The notes beneath the pieces are model-generated. The model was not told where the DNA came from. It saw only the letters and a program-made list of their open reading frames with translations, and did no database searches. A stretch of DNA of 64,000 nucleotides, taken from contig JAHILH010000001.1 of the NCBI GenBank assembly GCA_018897195.1, positions 28,565 to 92,564 of the forward strand. Direction: 5' to 3'. This document shows positions 56,101 to 64,000 of this stretch, one piece after another. This DNA is from Patescibacteria group bacterium. Its GTDB lineage: Bacteria > Patescibacteriota > Patescibacteriia > Patescibacteriales > UBA12075. The translations under genes were made by a program, and so were the position numbers. Position 1 is the stretch's first letter; every line of letters starts with the position of its first letter.

Positions 56101-56110
56101 GGAAAAAGAT

Positions 56111-57316
56111 ATGAAAATCTTACAAATCAACAAATTTTTTTACTTAAAGGGTGGCAGTGAACGGCATTTTTTTGCGGTCTCGGATTTGTTGCGTCAAAAC
56201 GGACACGAAGTGGTGGAGTTTTCTATGAATGACAGACGTAATCGGCCGAGTGTTTATGCAGATTTTTTTATTGGAGAAATTAATTATTCTAAAAGTTTTT
56301 TGAGCAATATATTTAAATTTTTATATAACTTTGATGCGAATCGTAAATTGGCAAAATTGATCAAGCAAGAAAAGCCGGAGGTGGCGCATTTGCATAATAT
56401 TTATCACCAGTTATCGCCCTCGATAATTCACACCTTGAAAAAACACAAGATTCCGATGGTGTTGACTTTGCATGATTACAAAGTGATTTGTCCGAATTAT
56501 CAACTATTTAACAAGGGTGAGATTTGTGAGAAGTGTAAGGGCGGGAAGTATTATAATTGTTTTTCGGGAAGTTGTATTAAGAATTCCCACGAAAAAAGTT
56601 TGCTAGGCGCGCTGGAAGCGTATTTACATCGCGATGTTTTGCAGTCCTATGAAAAGATTGATAAGTTTATTGCACCTAGTTATTTTATCAAAAATAAATT
56701 CATTGAATTTGGAGTTGATGGTGCGCGAATTGAAGTGATTGAAAATTTTACCGAGATGATGTCTGATAGTTCAGCCGAAGCGACAGGGGATTATCTGTTG
56801 TATTTTGGGCGCTTGTCCAAGGAGAAGGGCGTGAATGTTCTATTGGATGCAATGCATGATGTTGATGATGTGAAATTAAAAATTGCTGGTGATGGTCCGG
56901 AAAAAGAGGATTTTCAATTGGCGATTAAGAATTTTAAATTAGGCACTCGGGTGGAATTTGTTGGTGAAAAAAGTGGCGATGAATTGAATAATTTAATTAG
57001 AAAGGCAAAGGCGATTGTGGTGCCGTCAGTATGGTATGAAAATATGCCGATGAATATTTTGGAAGCCGTGGCCATGGGCAAGGTGATTATTGCTTCACGC
57101 GTGGGTGGGATTCCGGAGATAATCGAAGACAAGGAGAACGGTTTTTTGTTTCGAATGAATGATACCGATGATTTAGCGTTAAAAATTGATGATTTACAAA
57201 ATAATGATTTAACAATGATTGGCCATCAAGCCTGGCTTGATTCGAAGCGGTTTAGTGCTGATATTTATTTTGGGAAGTATATGGAGTTAATCAAAAAGAT
57301 AATTATAAAAGAATAG
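56111..57316 (+). CDS. GT4 (group 1) glycosyltransferase
   Basis: MKILQINKFFYLKGGSERH; C-terminal EGIPMNILEAVAMGKVIIASRVGGIPEII-type E-x7-E region; track start 56096 is inside repeat C6. Confidence 0.85.
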   Translation: MKILQINKFFYLKGGSERHFFAVSDLLRQNGHEVVEFSMNDRRNRPSVYADFFIGEINYSKSFLSNIFKFLYNFDANRKLAKLIKQEKPEVAHLHNIYHQLSPSIIHTLKKHKIPMVLTLHDYKVICPNYQLFNKGEICEKCKGGKYYNCFSGSCIKNSHEKSLLGALEAYLHRDVLQSYEKIDKFIAPSYFIKNKFIEFGVDGARIEVIENFTEMMSDSSAEATGDYLLYFGRLSKEKGVNVLLDAMHDVDDVKLKIAGDGPEKEDFQLAIKNFKLGTRVEFVGEKSGDELNNLIRKAKAIVVPSVWYENMPMNILEAVAMGKVIIASRVGGIPEIIEDKENGFLFRMNDTDDLALKIDDLQNNDLTMIGHQAWLDSKRFSADIYFGKYMELIKKIIIKE

Positions 57317-57327
57317 TATATAATTCT

Positions 57328-57421
57328 GTCATCCTGGAGCGGAGCGATAGGATCTTCAAATGTTTAAAAATATTTAAACAGCGGAAGATTCTATCAATCG
57401 CTTCGCTTCTTCCAGAATGAC
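57328..57421. mobile_element. family B repeat (B8), between GT4 and flippase genes
   Basis: GTCATCCTGGAGCGGAGCGATAGGATCTTC ... GAAGATTCTATCAATCGCTTCGCTTCTTCCAGAATGAC. Confidence 0.9.
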
Positions 57422-57433
57422 AATATAAAATTA

Positions 57434-58684
57434 ATGATTAAGCGAGTGCTCAGAGATGAGTTTGTAAAAAATAATATTGTCCTATTTGTTGGCTCTGTAA
57501 TGGTAGCCTTTTTGAACTATTTGTATCATCCGGTCTTAGGACGGATGATGAATGTGGCAGACTTTGGTGAAGTGCAGGTAATTATTTCTTTGTTTATGTT
57601 GACCGGTGTTTTGGGTGGTGTAATCAAGAATGTAATTGTGAATATTACCGCCAATAAAGAAGAGGGTGATAATCAAGAAGAGGTGGTTTTGATGCTTGGG
57701 AAGTTATCTTTATACGCGGTATTATTATTCTCGTTTTTAATGATTGTATTTAGCGGGCATTTGCGACGAGAATTAAATTTCCACTCGGATTGGCCTTTTA
57801 TCGCTTTAGCCGTTATCGTGTCCTGGTCTATGGCCTTTAATGTTCGCCTGGCAGTCTTGCAGGGTTTGAATAAATTTTTGGAAATCTCTGTTTCGGGAGC
57901 GATTGTATCCTTGGGGCGCTTAATCTTTGCTGTAATTTTTGTTTACATAGGTTGGTCGTCGTTTGGTGCGATATTTGGTTTGTTGTTGGCGCAGGTTTTA
58001 GCATTTTATTATGTTTTTTTGAAAACGCGACAACAATTAAAATTGAATGCTGGTAAACACATTCAAATTGATGGTCGGATTAAAAAAGAATTATGGTATG
58101 GCTTATCAATCTTGATAAGCTCTTTTGCGGTCACTTTTTTATACACCTTTGACGTCGTATTGGTAAAATATTTTTTTAGCGCCAATGAGGCAGGTTTGTA
58201 TAGTGGCATTGCCACTGTTGGGCGAATTATTTTCTTTTTAACGGCGTCTATTTCTATGGTGCTTTTGTCGGCAGTAAAAATTGATAAAAGCAAGAAGGAC
58301 AATTTGAAAACATTATCCAAGGGTTTATTATTAACCATCGGGTTAGGCGGAGCAACTTTATTGACATTTTACCTGTTTTATGATATGGTCGTGGGATTAC
58401 TTATTGGCAGCAAGTATCTTTTATTTAGCAAATATTTGTTTAAATTAGGAATTTTATCCTTTTTAGCGTCAATCGTTAATCTGATATTTGTATATTTCTT
58501 CGCTTTGAGAAATAAGCAAATAATATTCCCATCTCTTCTCGCGCCGTTGTTTGTGTTAATTTTGACATTATTTAATCACGACACGATCATGAGTGTTATA
58601 AATAATTTTATTTTCGGAGGAGTTTTCGTTTTAACTGCGCTTTTGTCTCTGCTCTACGTCGAGATTCGCAAAGAAGAAAAATAA
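57434..58684 (+). CDS. polysaccharide flippase (Wzx/MOP superfamily)
   Basis: 416 aa, ~12 TM, position inside glycan locus. Confidence 0.7.
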   Translation: MIKRVLRDEFVKNNIVLFVGSVMVAFLNYLYHPVLGRMMNVADFGEVQVIISLFMLTGVLGGVIKNVIVNITANKEEGDNQEEVVLMLGKLSLYAVLLFSFLMIVFSGHLRRELNFHSDWPFIALAVIVSWSMAFNVRLAVLQGLNKFLEISVSGAIVSLGRLIFAVIFVYIGWSSFGAIFGLLLAQVLAFYYVFLKTRQQLKLNAGKHIQIDGRIKKELWYGLSILISSFAVTFLYTFDVVLVKYFFSANEAGLYSGIATVGRIIFFLTASISMVLLSAVKIDKSKKDNLKTLSKGLLLTIGLGGATLLTFYLFYDMVVGLLIGSKYLLFSKYLFKLGILSFLASIVNLIFVYFFALRNKQIIFPSLLAPLFVLILTLFNHDTIMSVINNFIFGGVFVLTALLSLLYVEIRKEEK

Positions 58685-58685
58685 T

Positions 58686-59627
58686 ATGGCTAAACTGATT
58701 TCCATCATCATCCCGGTTTATAACGAAGCACAGAATGTGCCGATTATTTATCGTGAAATCAAATATATTTTCAAGGGCAGTAAATATCGCTGTGAGATTA
58801 TTTTTGTGAATGATGGTAGTCGTGATAATACGCAGGCCGAGATTGATATTTTAGTCGCGAAGGATAAGGCAGTTAAGTTTATTGATTTCTCGAGAAACTT
58901 CGGCAAGGAGATGGCGACCTCGGCTGGGATTCACAGCGCCAAGGGTGCGGCGGCGATTATGATTGATGCTGACTTGCAACATCCAGTGGAATTGATTCCG
59001 GAATTTTTACAAAAATGGGAAGCGGGGGCGGAAACGGTGATTGGAATTCGCAAGAAAAATAATGGCGAAGGTTTCGTTAAGAAAATCGGTTCGATTGTGT
59101 TTAATAAGTTTATGAATCTGATTGGTGAAACGAAAATGATTCGCAATTCGACTGACTTTCGTCTAATCGACCGTAAAATTATTAATGAATTTAATAAATT
59201 TAGCGAACACAATCGAATTACTCGCGGTCTTTTGGATTGGCTGGGTTTTAAAACTGATTTTATTTATTTCGAGGCTAATGAAAGAACTAATGGTGAAGCT
59301 TCTTATAATTTTGTAAAACTATTTAAATTATCCACTTCGACTTTTGTAACCCACAGTTTGTTTCCCTTACGATTTGCCGGTTATTTAGGAATTGCCATTA
59401 TTTTAACCTCAGGTCCTTTGGGGCTTTTTGTGTTTTTGAATAAATATGTTTTGAGCGATCCTCTGGGCTTTCATTTTTCCGGCACGGCTATTTTGGCGTT
59501 GATTATTTTGTTTTTGGTTGGCATCATCCTGGCTTGTCTTGGATTGATTGCTTTGTATATTGGTAATATTCAAAGCGAGGTGATGGGGCGACCGATGTAT
59601 GTAGTTAGAAATAATAATTTTAAATAA
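58686..59627 (+). CDS. GT2 polyprenyl-phosphate glycosyltransferase (Dpm1/GtrB/ArnC-like)
   Basis: ISIIIPVYNEAQNV...VNDGSRDNT...IDADLQHP, two C-terminal TM. Confidence 0.85.
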   Translation: MAKLISIIIPVYNEAQNVPIIYREIKYIFKGSKYRCEIIFVNDGSRDNTQAEIDILVAKDKAVKFIDFSRNFGKEMATSAGIHSAKGAAAIMIDADLQHPVELIPEFLQKWEAGAETVIGIRKKNNGEGFVKKIGSIVFNKFMNLIGETKMIRNSTDFRLIDRKIINEFNKFSEHNRITRGLLDWLGFKTDFIYFEANERTNGEASYNFVKLFKLSTSTFVTHSLFPLRFAGYLGIAIILTSGPLGLFVFLNKYVLSDPLGFHFSGTAILALIILFLVGIILACLGLIALYIGNIQSEVMGRPMYVVRNNNFK

Positions 59628-59628
59628 G

Positions 59629-60735
59629 ATGAAGATACTGTGGTTTACTTGGAAAGACAAAAAAAATCCTTTGGCTGGCGGGGCTGAGATTGTTAATGAC
59701 GAATTGGCAAAGCGCTTGGCTGGTGATGGACATGAGGTGATTTTTTTAGTAGCCGGTTTTGATAAGTGTTTGCCAGAGGAAATTATTGACGGTTATAAAA
59801 TTGTTAGGCTAGGGAATAGATGGACAGTCTATTTCGCAGCGTGGCGATATTATCGCCGAAATTTCCAAGGCTGGGCAGATGTAGTAATTGATGAGGTGAA
59901 TACGATTCCGTTTATGGCGAAATTCTATGTCCGCGAGCGAAATATCTTGTTCGTGCATCAACTGTGCCGCCAAATCTGGTTCTATGAAATGTTTTTTCCA
60001 TTAAGCTTGATTGGTTATTTACTGGAACCGATTTATTTATGGCTATTGCGTGACCGGCGAGTGATTACCGTTTCCGAAAGCACAAAGAATGATTTATTAC
60101 GATTTGGTTTTAAAAAAGAAAACATTGAGATTATTAGTGAGGGCATAGAAATTAAACCGATAGAAAATCTGGATAGTATCGTGAAATTTCCCAAGCCAAC
60201 CATACTTGCCTTTGGAGCGTTGCGTTCCATGAAGCGAACTTTGGACATTGTTAAAGCCTTTGAGATTGCTAAACAAAAAATTTCTGATTTGGAATTAGTA
60301 ATTGCCGGTTCGGCTGATAATAAATATGGGCAAAAAGTTTTAAACAAGATCACAACTAGTCCTCATCGCGATTCGATTAAATATTTAGGAAAGGTGAGTT
60401 TGGAAAAAAAGATTGAATTGATGCAAAAATCACACGTTATTTGTGTGACCTCGGTGAAAGAGGGTTGGGGACTGATTGTGACTGAGGCGAATAGTCAAGG
60501 TATACCTGCGGTAGTCTATGACGTCGATGGTTTGCGGGATTGTGTGAAGTATGATGAGACAGGGATGATTTGTGATGAGAATAATTCGGTTGATATGGCG
60601 GCAAGCGTTGTTGAGATATTAAGTGATAAAATTAAATATCAGCAACTGCGGTTGAATGGTTTGAAGTGGAGCAAGGAGATAAATTTTGAGAAAAGTTATC
60701 GGGATTTCATTGAGTATATTAATTTAATAAAATAA
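59629..60735 (+). CDS. GT4 (group 1) glycosyltransferase
   Basis: MKILWFTWKDKKNPLAGGAE; C-terminal VKEGWGLIVTEANSQGIPAVVYDVDGLRD. Confidence 0.8.
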   Translation: MKILWFTWKDKKNPLAGGAEIVNDELAKRLAGDGHEVIFLVAGFDKCLPEEIIDGYKIVRLGNRWTVYFAAWRYYRRNFQGWADVVIDEVNTIPFMAKFYVRERNILFVHQLCRQIWFYEMFFPLSLIGYLLEPIYLWLLRDRRVITVSESTKNDLLRFGFKKENIEIISEGIEIKPIENLDSIVKFPKPTILAFGALRSMKRTLDIVKAFEIAKQKISDLELVIAGSADNKYGQKVLNKITTSPHRDSIKYLGKVSLEKKIELMQKSHVICVTSVKEGWGLIVTEANSQGIPAVVYDVDGLRDCVKYDETGMICDENNSVDMAASVVEILSDKIKYQQLRLNGLKWSKEINFEKSYRDFIEYINLIK

Positions 60736-60742
60736 TTTTATA

Positions 60743-61540
60743 ATGAAAACAATAAAAATAACATTCAAAAAAAGGACACTTTTAATTACTGTGATGATTT
60801 TTGCGCTGGCTATAGGCGTAGCCACCGGTGGTTATTTTTGGCGAAAGGCCAAAATAGAGTCATCTAAAAAGGCAATTGTAACAATTGTTTTTGATGACGA
60901 TGATGTTTCTATTTATAACGAAGCTTTTAAGAGAATGAAGGCCCTTGGACTAAAAGGCACTAATTATAACATCGGTGGTTTTATTGGGCAGCCTGGGAAA
61001 ATGACAAAAGAGCAATTGCAGGAAATGTATGATAGTGGTTGGAGTATCTCAAATCACACAAAGTTGCACTGGAATTTGACTGGAAGATCAGATGTAGAAG
61101 TTGTTAATCTGGTAAAAGGTGAGAGGTTGTTGCTTATTTCTAACGGGTGGACTAAAGGCGCTGACGAGTTTTGTCCGCCACAAAATTCTATCAACGATCG
61201 TGAGCTTGATTTGATAAGGCCATATATTCATTCCAGTACTGATAGTCAAAAAGGTATCAATAACATTCCTTTTGATAGATATCATATTTCTAGAAGCGGG
61301 GCTTTTGCTAACAAGCCAGAAGCGATTATTGGTTGGGTTGATAAGGCTATTGAAGATAAACAATATGTTCATTTGAATTTTCATAAGATTGGCAGCGGAA
61401 CCGTTTTGGACTATTCTCCCGAAAACTTTCAGCGCGTGATTGAGTATGTTGCCCAGAAAAGAAACGAGGGTAAAATAGAGGTTAAGACTATGTATGAATT
61501 AATTGAAAATTGCGAGCGACTAAATCAGTGCATCGACTAG
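60743..61540 (+). CDS. polysaccharide deacetylase (CE4-like), membrane-anchored
   Basis: N-terminal TM; VTIVFDDDDVSIYNEAF...GTNYNIGGFIG...MTKEQLQEMYDSGWSISNHT. Confidence 0.75.
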   Translation: MKTIKITFKKRTLLITVMIFALAIGVATGGYFWRKAKIESSKKAIVTIVFDDDDVSIYNEAFKRMKALGLKGTNYNIGGFIGQPGKMTKEQLQEMYDSGWSISNHTKLHWNLTGRSDVEVVNLVKGERLLLISNGWTKGADEFCPPQNSINDRELDLIRPYIHSSTDSQKGINNIPFDRYHISRSGAFANKPEAIIGWVDKAIEDKQYVHLNFHKIGSGTVLDYSPENFQRVIEYVAQKRNEGKIEVKTMYELIENCERLNQCID

Positions 61541-61561
61541 ACATTTATTGATAATTTTAAA

Positions 61562-62602
61562 ATGAAAATTGAAGAATTCTTAAAAAATACAAATTTGGAC
61601 AATTCGCTGCTGATTGGTTATTATGGCGGTGGTAATTTTGGCGATGAATTGCTGTTAGAGGTTCTTTTGCATTTCTTGAAAAAAGGTAATTTTAAAGATG
61701 TGAAGGTTATGTATTTGTCGTATGTGTCTTTTGATAATTACCATAAAAGAGTCGAAGGAATTAAAGTGGTCGACATTCGGTCTAAATTGAATTTTATTTA
61801 TGAGTTTGTAAAATCGAGAAACATTGTTATTGGTGGGGGCGGAATTTGGGGCCTGGACTTTAATCGAAATGTTTTTGTCTTGAGTTTATTGATTTTTTTT
61901 GCTCGATCTATTTTTCTGAAAAAGGTGTACTTGGTTGGTATTGGATACTATAAATCAACAACGCGGATTGGTAATTTGGCAGCTTTTCTGGTTGGAAAGT
62001 CTAGTAATTTAATTATTGCAAGGGACGCAGAGACGTTTAACAATTTTAAGAACATTTGTCGAGAGACATATCTCGATCAAGATATCGCTTTCTTATTACC
62101 AGGTCTTAGCAGGGATGATTATACTGATGATTTATTGAAATTGGAAAATAAATTTAATATAAACAGCAAGACAGTATTTATAACAATCAGAAGATTTCAA
62201 AAAAAACATCAAAATAAATATCAGAAACTAATTAAAGAGTTGATTAAAAAAAATAATGGTCTGTATTTTGTTTTGATGTTGTTGGAGGCTGGTAGTGTTT
62301 ATGAGGACGGAATTGTTGCGATGAATGAAATAAGAAACGAGTGCCATAATGTTTTTATTGCTGATTATGAATACAACCCTGTGGCTTTATATTATTTTTT
62401 TAAGAAACACAGAGATGATTTGCTGATCATTTCCCCGCAGTTTCATGGGCAACTTGTGGCACACTTGGCTGGTGTAAAATTCTTGCCAGTTGGCTATGAT
62501 AATAAAAATTTTGAGCTTTTTAAGATTTTGAATGTTAAAAAATACTACAACATTAACCAACTAACCCTTCAAGATTTGCAAAGTTTTGTTGATAATTATT
62601 AA
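61562..62602 (+). CDS. polysaccharide pyruvyl transferase (CsaB-like)
   Basis: LLIGYYGGGNFGDELLLEVLL N-terminal motif; GGGGIWG. Confidence 0.75.
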   Translation: MKIEEFLKNTNLDNSLLIGYYGGGNFGDELLLEVLLHFLKKGNFKDVKVMYLSYVSFDNYHKRVEGIKVVDIRSKLNFIYEFVKSRNIVIGGGGIWGLDFNRNVFVLSLLIFFARSIFLKKVYLVGIGYYKSTTRIGNLAAFLVGKSSNLIIARDAETFNNFKNICRETYLDQDIAFLLPGLSRDDYTDDLLKLENKFNINSKTVFITIRRFQKKHQNKYQKLIKELIKKNNGLYFVLMLLEAGSVYEDGIVAMNEIRNECHNVFIADYEYNPVALYYFFKKHRDDLLIISPQFHGQLVAHLAGVKFLPVGYDNKNFELFKILNVKKYYNINQLTLQDLQSFVDNY

Positions 62603-62603
62603 T

Positions 62604-64000
62604 ATGAACTATAATAGTTTTTTATCCAATGGCGACTTCGTTTTTCCATTTGAGTTTGTTGATTATTTCAATGAGCATTTTTTTCTGTGGTCTTTTAACA
62701 AGAGTGCTTTAAATTTGGATAGTATTATTAGGCTGCTCATTAGAATACCTAATTTACTAGTTTTCTATTCGTCTAACAATATTGTTGTTTCCTATTTTTA
62801 TATTATTTTTTGTTTGGTCGTTGGCTTCTTTTCGTTTTATTATTTTTTAAGCTCTTTTTTGGATATTAAAAGAAAGTCGGTGATTGTTATATCTTCGTTA
62901 TTCTTTGTGTTTAATCCAATTTTTTTGGGCAATAGCGCCAAGATGGGGCTCGTGCTTGCGGCGTCTTTGTTGCCATTGATATTAACATTAATTAGAAATT
63001 TTTACGCGAAAAAAGATTTTAGATTCTTATTGCTTTCTTTTTTTGTCCTCAATGCCTCTTTTATACATCCGTTCACATTTATCGTTAATATTCTCGTTGG
63101 TGGCGTTTATTTTATTTTTCTACTAATGAGAAATGTGGATTTTTTGTTTAAAAATATAAAAAAGTTTTTTCTTTTCGTTTTTGTCGGAATTTGCCTGAAT
63201 TTTTATTTTCTTATCCCGCTAATATCAGTTGGCACGATTGACAAAGGGGCGATTTTGAATGTTGTTAGCGGCGAGGAGATTAATTATTTCGAGTTGGTTG
63301 ATATTGCCAATGCTGACAATATCCTAACTTCTCTTTCATTGACAAAAAATGTATTTAAAGACTTTGATTTTTTTAGTCAGCACACTGCTGGTTTGTATTT
63401 TTTTTCAATCTTTTTTTTGTATATCGTGATTTTTTCTCCATTTTTGTTGGCGAATAAAAAAAGCAATCAGCAACATCGGGTAGTATTTGTAATGTCACTT
63501 CTATTTTTTTTATTGCTAGTTCTTTTATCAACTGGAACATTCTTACATATTGATTGGATTATTAAAAAAATTATATCTTTGCCCGGCGGATGGTCGTTTC
63601 GGTCACCATTGAAGTGGCAATTATACGAGCCGATGCTAATTTCGTCGATGTTGGCAATTGCATCCAGTTTTATATACAGCCAGAGCAAGAAGTTTTACAG
63701 GGGGTACGTCATCATAATTATCGTATTGATGGTTTTTATTAACTTCTATGTATGCTTTGACGTGACCAGAAAGTTATTAATACCAAGACATGTTGAAAAT
63801 TTCAGCAGACTTTTAAGTGACGAGTTTTATAAAAAAAGTTTCTTAGTTATTGAGGGTGAAAGATATCAGAGTTTTTCAAAAAATAACAAAGATGCTTATT
63901 TAGAGCTGAAACAAATATTAAGCTCGGATAATGTCCAGGTTAAGTCAGTTTCATCAAGTAATGTCAGTAAGGTGGCGTTAAGGAATTTTGATTATTTGTT
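62604..64000 (+). CDS. large polytopic membrane protein (GT-C-like glycan polymerase/transferase candidate), 3' end outside window
   Basis: ATG 62604 overlaps previous stop region; I translated the frame to 64000 without a stop; many hydrophobic spans; absent from ORF track because it has no stop. Confidence 0.6.
   Translation, partial: MNYNSFLSNGDFVFPFEFVDYFNEHFFLWSFNKSALNLDSIIRLLIRIPNLLVFYSSNNIVVSYFYIIFCLVVGFFSFYYFLSSFLDIKRKSVIVISSLFFVFNPIFLGNSAKMGLVLAASLLPLILTLIRNFYAKKDFRFLLLSFFVLNASFIHPFTFIVNILVGGVYFIFLLMRNVDFLFKNIKKFFLFVFVGICLNFYFLIPLISVGTIDKGAILNVVSGEEINYFELVDIANADNILTSLSLTKNVFKDFDFFSQHTAGLYFFSIFFLYIVIFSPFLLANKKSNQQHRVVFVMSLLFFLLLVLLSTGTFLHIDWIIKKIISLPGGWSFRSPLKWQLYEPMLISSMLAIASSFIYSQSKKFYRGYVIIIIVLMVFINFYVCFDVTRKLLIPRHVENFSRLLSDEFYKKSFLVIEGERYQSFSKNNKDAYLELKQILSSDNVQVKSVSSSNVSKVALRNFDYL

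Overview
Gene-dense, low-GC bacterial chromosome segment. Its content suggests a Patescibacteria/CPR-like organism, which is an inference. The clues are ribosomal protein L9 reduced to its N-domain, a short ATP-synthase delta subunit, many signal-peptide proteins built from repeat modules, a 1.2-kaa Thr/Ala/Val-rich surface protein, and little biosynthesis beyond glycan assembly.

Recognisable blocks, in order:
- two ECF sigma / membrane-partner pairs
- a lipoprotein plus a MacA/MacB-type ABC efflux operon
- pyruvate kinase, a GH5 hydrolase and HU
- a giant surface protein and a PA14 protein
- a phospholipase-C-like / thermonuclease / lamin-tail secreted nuclease plus a DUF3048 protein
- prfA-prmC and rpmE
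- a complete F1Fo ATP synthase operon
- groES-groEL with a CIRCE operator
- two GT2 genes, galU and a PurN-like formyltransferase
- murA, an S41 protease, rplI and pyrG
- a surface-glycan locus of about 10 genes that runs off the window

I saw no rRNA, no convincing tRNA and no CRISPR array.

The outstanding feature is three families of hairpin-ended, MITE-like repeats, named A, B and C here. By my coordinates they occupy 26 loci and about 3.3 kb. They fill many of the short intergenic spacers, including spacers inside the atp and groESL operons.
- One family-B copy carries an intact GIY-YIG nuclease ORF exactly between its two arms.
- One family-A copy encloses a remnant of a DUF559 (Vsr-like) endonuclease gene.
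- This suggests nuclease-bearing selfish elements with many non-autonomous derivatives.

Other items worth a second look:
- an unassigned RNA candidate bounded by a promoter and a terminator at about 28.13-28.40 kb
- a triple 34-bp palindrome upstream of an HTH gene
- an ECF-type autoregulatory promoter
- a tandem module of about 50 aa shared by three secreted proteins
- lysine-tailed ribosomal proteins L9 and L31
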